Source: Mytilus edulis
Lineage: Eukaryota
Direction of reading: 5' to 3'
Length of the DNA stretch: 64,000 nucleotides
Assembly (NCBI RefSeq): GCF_963676685.1
Contig: NC_092344.1
Span: 101,370,001 to 101,434,000, forward strand
Shown: positions 24,828-38,590 of the stretch, piece after piece
Numbering within the stretch: the stretch's first letter is position 1
How the letters are laid out: each line of letters begins with the position of its first letter
Made by a program: the position numbers and the translations under genes
The notes under the pieces: generated by a model
Databases searched by the model: none
What the model was told of the DNA's origin: nothing
Seen by the model: only the letters and a program-made list of their open reading frames with translations

Positions 24828-25850
24828 TTTAGTTTTAGTTTAAACATATTTTATTTGTTAAAGTACAAATTGGATAAGACACAAGTCAAACAGACTTATG
24901 AAGTCTTCTCCATTTAACATTTATAGCAATATAATACAAAAATATATGTATGAGCATGCATGTATAGAATGGTATATCTATTTAGTATATAAATATATAT
25001 ATAAATATGGATCAAAAGACGGAAAATTGAAGAAAAAGAAAATAATAATAATACAGAAAAGAAAAGAAAAAATATATATAAATGAATAATCATTATTTAG
25101 AAAACAGAAACAAAAAAAAAAAACGAAAAAAAACAAAACGAAAAAATAAAAAGGACAAAACAAGGGAGAAGAAATTTTAGTTTGATGATGATGTGTGTGC
25201 GATCATGGTTTGCTACCTAGAGAATTTGAAATCTTTCCGAACTTTTAATGAACACAAAGACATTTTTGAAAATGGTTTGGTTTTGCTCTAGAGAAAGAAG
25301 ACAACTACCCGAGGTTAGTAGTTCTATGTTAATTTTACAATCATTTGGAAGCCAGCGCAGACTTTCAAACATTTTATTTCGTATGTCGGAATATAATATA
25401 CATTTGAAAAAGAAATAATAGGAATATTCACGATTAACACCACGGCGGCAAGAAAGGTCAGAAATAATATTGACCCTATATAGATCATAGTTTAAGAATG
25501 ATGCAAAACATCGAAGTTGGGTGAGAATTATATTCAATTTTCGATTTCCAAATTCATATATATTGCTTCGGTACAAATATATTACTCTGAGGATAACGGT
25601 TTTTTAGTTCAGTTTTAAATTTATAAATTGATTCCACATCATCAGTTGAATCATCAAGATTATTCCAAGGACGTATGGTTGATGGAATAAAAGAATCATT
25701 AGTTAATGCTAGTCTGCAGAATGGAATAATGATGTCAATTCCATTGCGTAGAGGATAGACCGTCATACTTTGTATTTTTTTGGGAATTAAATTTGACAAA
25801 TATTATGTAACATTATTATTTTGAATATTATAAAACATTTGGATTTTTCT
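24828..25850 (-). mobile_element. CR1-group LINE, 5'-truncated 3' end
   Basis: Frameshifted ORF2 C-terminus YPLRN...SFIPSTIRPWNNL...GNRKLNIILTQLR, a 3' UTR, and tail aaataaaatatgtttaaactaaaactaaa. Confidence 0.75.
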
Positions 25851-26435
25851 TCTCTCTCTTCTTTTAGCTCATGCAGATGCGCAGGTATCCAATGTAAACA
25901 CAGTAAATCTTCAGATTTGCTGTTCAATGTTTTATTCATTGACGCCAATAAGGACGTATGATTCGCCGAAATCTCATTCTTGTCAAATGATATGTACTTG
26001 TAGGTGGGATAACCGGAGTGCTTATGTATTCCTAATTCTTTTACACTCCTTATTCATTGTCAATATTATTTTCCCATTCGACCCACTTTGCACAATCTGT
26101 TTTATGGTCCTGAATATTCATTTACAGTTTGCTGCTGTGTCGACAGACAATCAATCGAATTTTTGCAACTGAACGTACATTTTAACATCCATGTTATTTT
26201 ATGTATCGAAAAAGGCTATTTATGATTCGCAGTGACTGGAAATCCCAATTAAATAAAAAAAAAATTATTGGTTAGCAACCACAACTACCAACTAATTAAA
26301 TACTGGCCTATTAAAATAACTTTATTGTCTGTATTTTAATTATTTGTTTCAACCAAACACCAATCAAATTGATGGAATCGTGAAAGTTGCAAATATAATA
26401 TCATGTTATTTCGAGACGTATCAACTGACTTAAAA

Positions 26436-26739
26436 ATGAGACATTATATTTCGTTTTTCACAATATTTTCCTTTTGGGGGATAACAGGTGGAAACTTAAT
26501 TTTAGTGGATATTTACAAAAAGGAACATGTGTTCAGCGATGTTTTGTGTAATGATGGAAAATTAATAACTCTCAATAGTACTAGATCAGCATTTATATGT
26601 GCTAAAGTTTGTGCTTTAGCTTTAACCTGTGTCTCGTTTTTCTTCAACCAAAATGGAACCTGTCAACTGCATAATATAAAGGTATCCGACACTGTGGATT
26701 GTATTAAGCATTCGGGTACATATTATTATGTACGAAAAG
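26436..26739 (+). CDS. Exon 1 of the secreted PAN/Apple-mucin-C-type lectin gene (signal peptide + PAN/Apple domain)
   Basis: Hydrophobic leader MRHYISFFTIFSFWGITGG and PAN pattern CAKVCALALTCVSFFF...CQLH. Phase-1 donor G|GTTAGT. An alternative in-frame ATG lies at 26403. Confidence 0.85.
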
Positions 26740-27357
26740 GTTAGTTTCTATGCATTTTTTGCTCAAACTTTCTTATTTTTCGACACATGAATCTATTTGA
26801 TTGAATTTTATTTAAAAAATAAATATTATTACATTTTTTGTTTTAAGAAAAGTTTCACAAAAGTAATATCAATTTAAACTAAGACAAGCTGTTTGTTTGA
26901 ATTCATCACCATTTGTTAAAATTTATAAAAAAAAAAACACCAGTAGGATTGGATTTTTTTGTAACAATATATAAGGTACCTCAAAAGTTGGCTAAGGTTA
27001 TAAGATGTAATAAGTTGCTTACGTTTAAGTATTACATTATATATTTGAGAGTGGCAAGGTGACGTGAAAATCAGTTCACTACTGTGAAGTCGGTATGGCA
27101 GAAATTGTGTCCATTTATACAAATAACAACAGACTCATGATAAGCGGCGAAGAAACAAATGAAATGTCTTGAGTAAGACCTGGTCGGGTATCGAAAAACA
27201 AAGTGTTCTTGATGCAAGCATGACAACATGAGACCATAGACGCGCTAAAGAGATGAAATGTATATACTCACATTTCTTTCGTGTTTTTAATATGAAGATT
27301 TTGTATGACTATATATACATCTATCCAACAGAGGATTCAAGCAAACAAATATAAAAA

Positions 27358-27780
27358 AAAAGATGTGGTATGATTGCCAATGAGACAACTCTCCACAAGA
27401 GACCAAAATGACGCATGAATTAACAACTAGAGGTTACCGTACGGCCTTCAACAATGAACAAAGCCCATACCGCATAGTCAGCTATAAAAAGCCCCGAAAT
27501 GAAAATGTAAAACAATTCAAACGAGAAAACTAACAGCCTTTTATATGTACAACAAATGAACGAAAAACAAATATGTAACACATAAACAAACGACAACCTC
27601 TGAATTACAGGCTCCTGACTCTGAACAGGTAAATACATACATAATGTGGCGGGTTTAACATGTTATCGGGATCCCAACCCTCCCCTAACCTGTGACAGTG
27701 GTATAACAGTACAACATAAGAACAACTATAAAGATCAGTTGAAAAAGGCTTAACTCATCAGATGAACAAAAATACAAAAA
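27358..27780 (-). repeat. Abundant dispersed SINE-like repeat (representative copy)
   Basis: The motif ggagagttgtctcattggcaatcataccacatctt recurs at about 8560, 17070, 20210, 24200, 38800, 44460 and 49065. Confidence 0.75.
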
Positions 27781-28276
27781 GACCATCGTACTGCCATCAA
27801 CAATGAGCAAACCTATTATGTATAGTAAGCTATAAAATGCACCCGATATGTGTACAAAACAATAACCGAAAAAACAATTATGATGGTGGGGCTCGTGTTT
27901 TTTAGTCTTTCGTTTTGTTTAATATTATGTGTTTGTTTGTCTTGTCTTTCTAAGCCATAGCGTTGTCATGTTTTGTTTTCGATCTTTGAGTTTGAATGTC
28001 CCTCGGGTATCTTTCGCCCCTCTTTTATGACAAATAGCAAACATCGATAACCACTGAATTACAGGTTTCTGACTTTGGACAGGCACATTTAGAATATGGC
28101 AGGGTTAAACATGTTTATAAGCGTTTGCTATCTTTAACTGGAACCGTGTGTAACAACACAGTATAACAATAAACTTAAAAGTCGGTCGTTATAATATTTA
28201 TTATGTTATATGTTGTAATATATATATAAAGCTTTCGGAACAAACTTTTAGATAAAGTAACTTTTTTCACTATTAG

Positions 28277-28905
28277 GTTTTATACCTGAAACGACAACTA
28301 CTGCAAAGATAACAACAGCCTCTGCGGATCGTATACCTGACGCGACAACGACTTTAAAGATAACAACAGCTTCTGTAGATTTAATACCTGAAACGACAAC
28401 GACCCCAGAGTTAACAACAACTTCTGTGGATCTTATACCTGAAATGACATCGACTTCAAAGATAACAACTTCTGTTGATTTCATACCAGAAACGACAACA
28501 ACTTCAAAGATAACAACCGATTCTGTGGATTTCATACCTGAAACGACAACTTCAAAGATAACAACAGATTCTGTGGAGCTTATACCTGAAACGACATCGA
28601 CTTCAAAGATAACAATAACTTCTGTTGATTTCATACCAGAAACGACAACAACTTCAAATATAAAAACAGATTCTGTGGATTTCATACCTGAAACGACAAC
28701 TTCAAAGATAACAGATTCAGTGGATTCCATACCTGAAACGACAACAACTTCTATAGATTTTTTATCAACCGAAACATCGATTCCGACGTCCCAGTCAACA
28801 AGTAGACAAGTATCATGTGACCTAGACTGGATATTGGTGGGTGCCAGCTGTTATCGAATTACGCCTCCAGATACTATTACTAAGCAGCAATGGAAAAATG
28901 CGTCG
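28277..28905 (+). CDS. Exon 2: ten Thr/Ser-rich 15-17-aa repeats (SVDFIPETTTTSKITT) and start of a long-form CTLD
   Basis: Phase-1 acceptor tattag|GT matches exon 1. The exon ends SCDLDWILVGASCYRI...WKNAS with phase-0 donor GTAAG. Confidence 0.9.
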
Positions 28906-31900
28906 GTAAGGTGCAAATTTAATTGATTTATCATAATTGTTGTTTTGAGCTAAGAGGCAAATATTTAAGAAGCGTGGAGCGACCAAAAGAGAACAAAACC
29001 AAAACACTTGGTCTACCGATAATAGTCTTATTAAAACTCGTAATTAACTCGGGTGGGATCTGAATATCTTTTGTTCTTATTTTCTAGATATTCAAAAATT
29101 TGTTATCATCGATTGGAATATGAAATTTAGAAACTATTATTCTACATTGAGGTCAAAAGTTTCGTAGTGATATACCTTCGTGGCTAAATTTTAAGTCATT
29201 GGAAATACTGAGATAAACGGTTTTTTTTCTTTAAAATTATGTAGGAGAAGATAAAACAACCGAAATACTGCTAAAGCAATGTGTGTTCTTAAGGGAAAAA
29301 AAAATAATTTAAGAACAACAGTTTTAGCCAATCCTCGTGAAACATTATCATTGTTTACTCTGAAATTAAAACGATCTCCTTTACTTAATATTGTTTATCG
29401 CAGATCGAAGGTAGTTTTTTTTTTTTAATTTTCCTCTATGATCAGTAAATTGCTTTAAACCAGGAATTCTAACCTTATTTTGTACACATACGTATATTGG
29501 ATCTACGTATTTGGAAGGGAAAAATGACTTTATTTACAAATATGAAATTTTAATACATTTGAATGGTAATCGATTAGTTTGGAGAGTTTTTAACAAGTAT
29601 TACCACTTAACACACCCTTTCACCTAGCATTTGAGATAATAGTCAGTAACTGTGGCGCTTTGGAAAACATATTAACATAAAAGTTCAATCAATATTAACA
29701 TAGAAAAAATATATATTTTATTTCACTTTTGTTATAAGCAAATAAATCATGTAATTGCAATGCACTGATAATTTAAATAAGATGTGAAATATATGGAACT
29801 GTTTGATGTCGCGTTCAATGACTTTTGTAGTGAATTCAATGAATAACCAATTACTCCAGAACGAAAAGACAAAATGTTCTTTGTTATGACTACTCGTTTA
29901 AATGAGGTACCAAATATTAATTCAAAATGTGACGTCATTTTAATTGCCGATGAGACAACTTTCCTCCAGAGACCAAATGACATAGAAGTTAACAACTCTA
30001 GGTCACTACGTCCTTCAAATATGCGCAGAATCCATTACACAAAACAAGCAAGCTATACAATGCCCCCACATGAGAAATGTTAACTTGGCAAAAAACAAAA
30101 ATTCAATGCGAAGCCTCAATTATTTTTTTACGTTCACGTTAACTTTGCTTTTAAAATATACTACACATAACATATCTATTCTTTGAGCAAGAAAAACAAT
30201 TACATGTCACTACAAAATTTTGTGTTGACGAAATGGGTGTCTGGAGTCGATTCGATTACTGGCAGTCTTAGACATTATATTCGTATTTTTTAAATCATTT
30301 AAAATTGAGAATGAAACTGAAAAATGTGTCAGAGATAACAATACGACCAAAAAGACAAAAAACCAAAGCCAAAGCAACAAATTGATCTTTAATACAACGA
30401 GAAAATCTCATACCCGGAGGCGGGCATCCGATGGCTTCTTGTTTATACTTTTTCGTTCTTTTCTTCTTTTTTTTTTTATCTCTCATATCTGTTTTATTTC
30501 GAGTTACAATGTATCATAACTAAATTCAGGAAAGATCCATCGAAACAACATCTGATACAAAAATGTTAAAATCACAAAACATGTTTAACCCCGCCACAGT
30601 TCTGCGCCTGTTCCAAGTAAGAACCCTCTGTCTTGTGTAAGTCTAGTAAGTTTTTTAAAAAAAGTTTATTTATATGTTTCGGAGGTTTAGTGTGACGTCC
30701 ATATTTGCTGTTCTTTTTTTTAGTGGGCCATCTGGATAAGCTCATAGATACCAGAAGCCCGCCTTTGGGTTCGCTATTTTTCTCGCTGTGTTGAAGACCC
30801 ATCGGTTTTCTTCTCTTTGGTCTTTTGTTTATCTCTTTCCCACATTTTCGTTTCAGTTAATTTTATAAAAAAAGTGTTTATTCATTAAATTAAATTACAG
30901 TTTATGACCAAACTTAGTAACGACCCGTCTAAATTTCATTTTATTGATAAACACTGTTATCTTGAGGATATTTTTTTTTGTTCTAAATAATCTGCCGAAA
31001 TTAACCCAAAAGGAACATACTTTATATAAATCAAATGTAAACGGTATTTGTTAACCGCCCTTTCCTATCTTTAGATCTTTCAGTTTTACACAAGTAACTC
31101 CACACTAAAATTCACGACAAAAGGGACGACTTTTTGTTACTTTGGCACCATCGTACGGTGTTTACATATCACAACTCATTCGCTATGCCTGTGTCAGTTG
31201 GGACGGTTCATTTTATGTCAATGAACTTAATCTATGTATTACTGTTCAATCATTTGGTTAGAATTTCGTTACTATAAATCACCTGAACCTGTACTAACGT
31301 CTTCCATAGTGACATATATGTGGTTCTGAAGTTTGGTTGAAGAAAACTTATTTCAAACGGGATAAAACATTTTTACGGAGATGTTGTTTATCGTGGTCAG
31401 AAATTCAGAAACGAGTCAACAGTAATAAAGGCAACAGGGGTATACCGCTGTTCGAAATTCATAAATCGATTCAGACAAAAACAAATCCGGGTTACAAACT
31501 AAAACTGAGGGAAACACATCAAATATAAGAGAACAACGACACAACAGAAACACATCAAATATAAGAGAACAACGACACAACAGAAACACACCATTAAAAT
31601 GTAACACACACAGAACTGAACTACAATATAACAACGGCCATTTTCCTGACTTGGTACAGGACATTTTAATAAAAAAAAAAAATTGGTGGGTTGAATCTGG
31701 TTTTGTTGCATGCCTAACCATCCGCTTTAATGGCAATGTTAAATGTACATTAAAATGACAACATTCCATGATAGGACTACAATAAAAATAAATGGGATAA
31801 TATATAAGAAACAAACAAATAACAGCTAACAAAAGGTGCCAGGTTTAAAATTTAATACGCCAGACGCGCGTTTCGTCAACACAAGACTAACCAGTGACGC

Positions 31901-32089
31901 TCTGATGAAAAAAGTTCGGAAGCCAAAACACAAGTTCTAAAAAGTTGTGTCATATACGGCTAGGGTTGTCTGCCTGGGATAAGAACATTCTTATCATTTA
32001 GAATAACTCATACTTTTGCAAACAGTAATTTTATATAAAATGACTATATATTAGATATAAATGATAAAACTTGTGACTAACTACAAAAT

Positions 32090-32690
32090 AACAAGAATGT
32101 GTCCCCAGTACACGGATGCCCCATCCTCACTATCATTTTCTATGTTTAGTGGACCGTGAAAATGGGGTAACATCTCTAATTTGGCATTAAAATTAGTAAG
32201 ATCATATCATAGGGAACATGTTTACTAAGTTTCAAGTTAATTGGACTTCAACTTCATCAGACACTACCTCGATTAAAAACTTTAAACTGAAGCGGGACGA
32301 ACGGACGAACGGACGCACAGACCAAAAAATATAATACCCATAAAAATGAGGCATAAAACGGATAGATGAATAACCTAAACCTGCATATAACAAGAATGTG
32401 TCCTCAGTACACGAATGCCCCACTCGAACTATCATTTTCCATGTTCAGTGGACCGTGAAATTGGGGTAAAAACTCTTATTTGGCATTAAAATTAGAAAGA
32501 TCATATCATAGTGAACATGTGTACTAAGTTTGAAGTCGATTGGACTTCAACTTCATCAAAAACTACCTTGACCAAAAACTTTAACCTGGAGCGGTACAGA
32601 CGGACGAACAGACAGACGGACGGACGGACGAACGGACGCACAGACCAGAAAACATAATGCCCCTCTACTATCGTAGGTGGGGCATAAAAA
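32090..32690 (-). mobile_element. Two head-to-tail non-autonomous Helentron-like (HINE/pearl-type) elements
   Basis: Units 32090-32358 and 32389-32690 each begin acaagaatgtgtcc..agtacacg.atgcccc and end with (GGAC)n-like microsatellite plus a palindrome (ataatgcccct...ggggcataa). Confidence 0.8.
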
Positions 32691-32965
32691 TTCACAGCGG
32701 CGTAAGCAAAATCGATAAACGCACAAATTTAAATGAGGGACGAACAATACCAGAGGGACAGTCAGATTTGAATTTCTAAATATTTCCCAACAAATAGCAT
32801 AGAATTCAAGATTAGGTTTGTAATGTTGATATACCATTTATTAATAACAATGAAAATTACAATACGAATTAATATCAATTTGTGGTAGTTATAAGATAAT
32901 TAATTTAATATCTAGCTATGTCGGTATTTCTTCTAAATCAAACTGTAAACCAAACATATCGTATA

Positions 32966-35900
32966 TAGTCCAGCTGATTCGTGCATATTTTTTAAATAAT
33001 TGTGGGTTTGATGATAAAAGCATGAAACTTTGCACAAGGGTAAACATGTATATTGTGGTCAATTTAGGCTATGGACCCACTCTGAAAAATTCAAAATGGC
33101 GGAAATTTTCAAGATGGCGGACAAATGCTATAAGTTTCACTAATTTGTAAAAAAAAAAGAAAGCAAAGAGATTTGAAACTAAATCTTTTTAATGTAAATA
33201 CAACATAAGCAATCATTTCTGATAAGTTCTATCACTATTTCGAACTATTCAATAATTTTCAAAACTGGTGGACATTTTTAAAATGGCCGCCAAAACAAGT
33301 GAAATGGACAAAACTAAAACTTTGCTTCAAACTTCAAATATTTCTTTTTCTATCAAATTGTACTTCAAACACATTCTTCAGTATTTACACTTCGTCAGTT
33401 GTCAAATTATATCACTAATTGATTGGCCATCTTGTCTCTTTCACTTTCCCCACCAAATTTACAAAGTGCTATACATGCAGCATGGCCTTCACGCATTTGC
33501 AACGTCCACGACATTCATTATCAATTTTACAGCCACACTTTATCAGCTCAATACAACAGGCTGAAGCTTGTTGCAAGTATGTCCAATAGGGTACCCACAT
33601 CTGTGTTTTGTCTTTCTGCCATCCACATTCACTCGGTGAACCTGCTTAAGGATAAGGTTCTAGACATTTCCCCAAACAAAGGTTTGACATGTTAACATCT
33701 TGTTTTGTGTGTTCTAGTAAAGCAGATACTGATGGAGGAATGTTATCTATTGCCTTTCCTTTCCTAGTGAATAGATCTTTCCGTGCATCGTTCACCTTCG
33801 TACATTCACCTGTACCAAGTCAGGAATATGACAGTTGTTGTCCATTCGTTTGATGTGTTTTATTATTTGATTTTGCCATTTGATTAGGGACTTTCCGTTT
33901 TGAATTTTCCTCGGAGTTCAGTATTTTTGTGATTTTACTTTTTGTTTTATCATACATCCGTATAACATTTTCCTCTATCTGTAGCATGAAATTGGAGATA
34001 ACATAAGTTGATGCTGTTCTACATAATGTTGCAAACACAGGTGTGTCCCATGCAATCAAACGACGATACTTGATCACAACCTGTAAAGGAGTGAAAGACT
34101 TAAAGTCCCCATGACCTTGAAGGTGGAAGACTTTTGCCGATTTCATAAACAGCTAAATATCTGAACCCCAACCATAAAAACAATCCAAAACTGATTCACC
34201 TCAATTTCATGGACAACAGAAAATGCAATAACTATGACATCCGTATCAACAGACCGAAATATAACTCGTTGTTATCCTTCTTCTACAGCATCATACACAT
34301 GCAGCATCATCCGTGTATCTGCTTCTTTGTGTGTGCACGGTGATAATTTACTTATATCTTTTGGTACAGTCTGCATAGAATAACAGTTCCTTTCGTAGTT
34401 ATCACCTGTTTCTGTTCATCAAACTCTTTTGCTGAAGCTACCAATAGTTCAGCTAAATATGTCATGTATGTGTCCCAGTTTCCTGGTACTCTTGAATCTG
34501 GAAGGACATGTCTTCTCACACCTTTGCCTCTTTTACATCTTGTTGAGGCTTTCAAACTATTCGAGAAGTATTCATCCCAAACTACATCAAGTCGACTTAC
34601 AAAACGCAACTAATCATGTATGTAAGGCATGAAAATGTCGTTGAAATAGTCTTCAATAACATAAATGGTACCAATTTTTTTGGCAACAGATGCGCATTTC
34701 GACAATCAATGTCTCTTCAGTGATGCAATGTCTTTCACGGGGTTTTAACATAATAATTATTGCTGCACCAACTATGACCAAAATATCTGCATTTGGTGCG
34801 TACTCTTGCATGTGAAAATAAGAACATACCTGTACTCTACATTCAATGCACTTGGTATCTCTGTAACATCACTAATCATCGGACCATGAACCGTTGGTAT
34901 TTCTGCTGGTTCTTTTGGACGATGGTATAATTTTTTGGTAAAAGTTTCAGGTTTTCTCTCTTTGATGATGTAGTATCATTAGGTATGGTTGATTTCTCGA
35001 CACCCTCATTTCATGGAATCGGATGCTGAAAAAGTGAAATGGCAGTGTCATGCAACGAACCGTCAGCAGTTGTCGAACTCGGGTTATGGTCGATATTATC
35101 CACGGCTGCAGTTGTAAACACACCACTCCGAAGTGTTGCGGGAACCACCACATTTTCATTAGCAAATGCCCCACGGATGGAGATGCCAAGTGCTGTAGAT
35201 AAATGCATAATTCTGTCATAGGATAATGATAAACCTAAACAGTACATTTTATCAATTAAAACCTCGATTCAGCATGCAGCAGAAGGCCTAAATATATTGA
35301 TAGAGGTGGTTCTCGCTAGGTTGAATGGAATACTTTGGATGAATCCTTCCGTCTGCGAATAGAGGAATTTAACTGAAGCAGCTGTGAAATAGTCAGTGTC
35401 GTCTGTGCTTCAATGGAATTGCTGGACTGCATTACAATAGTTGGTCCACCAAGGATCATTCCGACAAATGCTTTTAAACATTGTGGAACAGAGTTTTGTT
35501 GACAGCCTGTCTCTATGTTCCTTTGAATATAAATTGCATTATCATCATGCTCTTTCGCACTATCTGTGCAGCTTTAGACAATATCATTGCCTCATCATCG
35601 TAGTTTGTTTTAGATGCCTGTTTGATTGCAGCACCAACATCATCGTAGACTAGTAGAAGCACGTCTCTTCCTTGTTTAGGGTCTGCAAGTCTGGGATAGC
35701 TGCAAGAACTCTTTTGTTTAGTTCAGTCAAATGCACTCTTCCAGATGTGTCTACTCTAAACTGTTCTATGCGAGAGGTATACATCCTCGTTTAGTCTGCT
35801 AATTTGAAAACAGGAATGACATCAGAGTATATGCGTGATTCTTCTATGTACAAAACTATCTTCGCAAGTACAATACCGTGGATACGGTTGTCTGAACTTT

Positions 35901-36300
35901 CATCACTAATTACCTTTAGTGGTCTAGCTCTATTATATAAATTGGTCAGGCACTTGAAATTAGAAATTGCTTCTTGGAAATCATGTCTCCTGCATTTAGT
36001 TTTGCCAAAAGTACTGTATATTGCAAGTCGAGTGCACATTTACGTACATGTTTGTCTATTTCAATTGTAGATGCTTTGTGTAGATCTCCTAAAGGCTCAT
36101 CACAGAAAAAACAATCTTCGGTCATTGTCATTGTTGCAGAGCCAAAATGTTGTCGTGTTATTCTACTTGTAGTCCCAACCTGCTCACCACTTTATCCTTT
36201 CCTCTTCTGCTTTTCATGCCTTTCAATCTTTAATTCTGAAAATTTATTTCTACATGTTTTGTGCCATTTTGCATTGTGCAACTGCTGAGAAATGGGAAAT
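32966..36300 (-). mobile_element. Academ (AcademX-type) transposase pseudogene
   Basis: Fragments GLSLSYD...FTTAAVDNIDHNPSSTTA...ISLFQHP, XPG-like RLDVVWDEY..SLK..TR..RG, HKEADTRMMLH and SVDTDV, and C-terminal ELIKCGCK...CRGRCKC. A probable TAG terminus lies at 32966; the other end was not found. Confidence 0.8.
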
Positions 36301-36889
36301 AGATAATTGGGAAGTTAAAATCGTCCCGTTTATCTGGTAAACTCGTCGATCTTTTAAATAAACTTATTCTAAAAGTTACAAATTAAACACTGTAACTAGA
36401 TCTTTGAATTATCAAATCTATACCCGTTCCCCCGTAAGAAGGGTCCAAGTAACCAAATGGAAATAAATATTAATGTTAGCTTCATCATTTTTAAATTAGA
36501 GTACCAACAAAAAATGGCACTTAATTGTGAACACTTTCCCCATCATTAAATGCTTTTCATGTCAACACAATAACTTTTTGAATATAACATATTAATTTAA
36601 AAACTATCCCTTCCTTATTTCGTTAAAAGTGTTTTTAAAACAGGAGTAATACTATACAAAAATATGAACAACAGATTTCATCAATTAATGCTGGATTCTT
36701 ACATATGAATTCAATTTCCTGTGTTCTTTTCTGTCATTCTACCAATATGTTACTATTGTCGTTCGTAACGATTATGTTTTTTTCTCAAAAAGTAAAATGA
36801 AAGTGGTCGAAAGTAGTCTTCAAGTGAACGTTTTCTAAATCATTTTTAATCATACCTCTGTCCAAGGTCGGGAACCTGATGTTTAGTGT

Positions 36890-38590
36890 TATCGAAAGGT
36901 AAAAAATATCGTGAACCGAAATCATCAATTGGAAATACAAACTTTAAAATTCTGCAGGATTTAGTCGAGGATTATGCCAGGCAATGGACTAAGCGCGAGA
37001 AGGAAGACTCTTTCCGAATGGATTAAGGCCGTGAGGTCGAATTTATAGGTATTGACAATCACTTGGATACCCAGCATATACCCTCACGACACTTACCAAA
37101 GAGAAAATCCGGGATAATCATAGGTCTGTTCTATGTTCCTTTGGAATTTTAACCAAAGATGATGATCTGGATCTTCCATCACTGTATATTGGATACCTAA
37201 CTGCATAAGTGTCCTTACAAACAACGGTATATTGCTGGGTCTTCCAAGTGCTCCACGAAACCTCTTTCTAAATTATTAACATCTTTCTTATCAGCAATCA
37301 AAGACTGGCTTCAAAGTTATTGTGAAACTGCCTATTCTAGAGGTGGCGTGAATCAGATATGGATACTTAAAAATTCCAAAGATCTTTTAGAGTACATACA
37401 ATCTAACTCTCTTTCATCTTGTAAAAGTATTAAAACATTTGACTTTTCTACACTTTACACAAGTATTCCACATTCCAAACTAAAAGACAAATTGATAGAG
37501 TTGGTATTGCTTTGTTTCATAAAAAAGAATGGCCAACGAAGATACAAGTATCTTGTATTAGGAAGGGATAAATCCTACTTTGTAAAGGATCACTCTGAAT
37601 CAAACAAAAAATTGTCTGAAAATGACATTATCAAGATGCTTCATTTCTTGATTGACAACATATTTGTTACGTTCGTAGGACGTGTTTTTCTACAGACTAT
37701 TGGCATTCCAATGCCAATGGGAACGAAATGTGCCCTCTTCTTGACGACTTCTTTCTTTATTGTTATTAGGCTGACTATATACAGGAACTTCTTAGGGAGA
37801 AAGATAAGAAGTTATCAATATCCTTTAACTCTACTTTCCGCCATATAGATTATGTTCTTTCACTAAATAATTCAAAATTTATGTTGAACGAATCTATCCC
37901 ATTGAACTAGAGATAAAGGATACAACAGATACAGTTAAGTCGGCCTCATATCTTGACTTACATCTAGAAATTGACAATGAAGGCGATTGAAAACAAAACT
38001 TTACGACAAAAGAGATGATATCAGCTTTCCAATTGTGAACTTTCCATTTCTAAGTAACAATATTCCAGCAGCACCTGCTAACGGTGTATATATCTCCCAA
38101 TTGATACGGTATTCCCGTGCTTGCATTTCCTATCATGATTTTCTTGATCAAGGAAGCTTTTAAATCAAGAGTTCCAAATGGTGAAGTTGAAATCATCACT
38201 ACGTAAATTTTACGGACGCCATCACGAGTTGGTTGACCGTTATGGATTAACCGTTTCACAAATGATATCGGATATGTTCTTTACGTCGTAACTACAATCC
38301 CCTTCCCCTTCATGAATGTGACCTACCGAATGAGACTATTTACCGGATTTGTTATCTCATAAGCAAAACGACGAGTGCCACATGTGGAGCAGGATCTGCT
38401 TACCCTTTTGCAGCACCTGCGATCACCCCTAGTTTTTGGTGGGGTTCGTGTTGTGTATTCTTTAGTTTTCTATGTTGTGTCATGTGTACTATTGTTTGTC
38501 TGTTTGTCCTTTTCATTTTTAGCCATGGCTGTGCCTGTTTATTTTCGATTTATGGGTTCGACTGTCCCTCTGGTATCTATCGTCCCTCTT
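36890..38590 (+). mobile_element. Penelope-like retroelement RT remnant, probably Naiad-type
   Basis: KGKKYREP, WIP.LHKCPYKQRYIAGS, FDFSTLYTSIPH, GIPM, decayed YIDD, YDKRDD.SFPIVNFPFLS. No C-terminal GIY-YIG follows the RT. Multiple frameshifts. Confidence 0.7.

Noticed and set aside
28248-28730. 160-aa Val-rich minus-strand ORF
   Set aside because: Antisense shadow of the Thr-rich coding repeat in exon 2.
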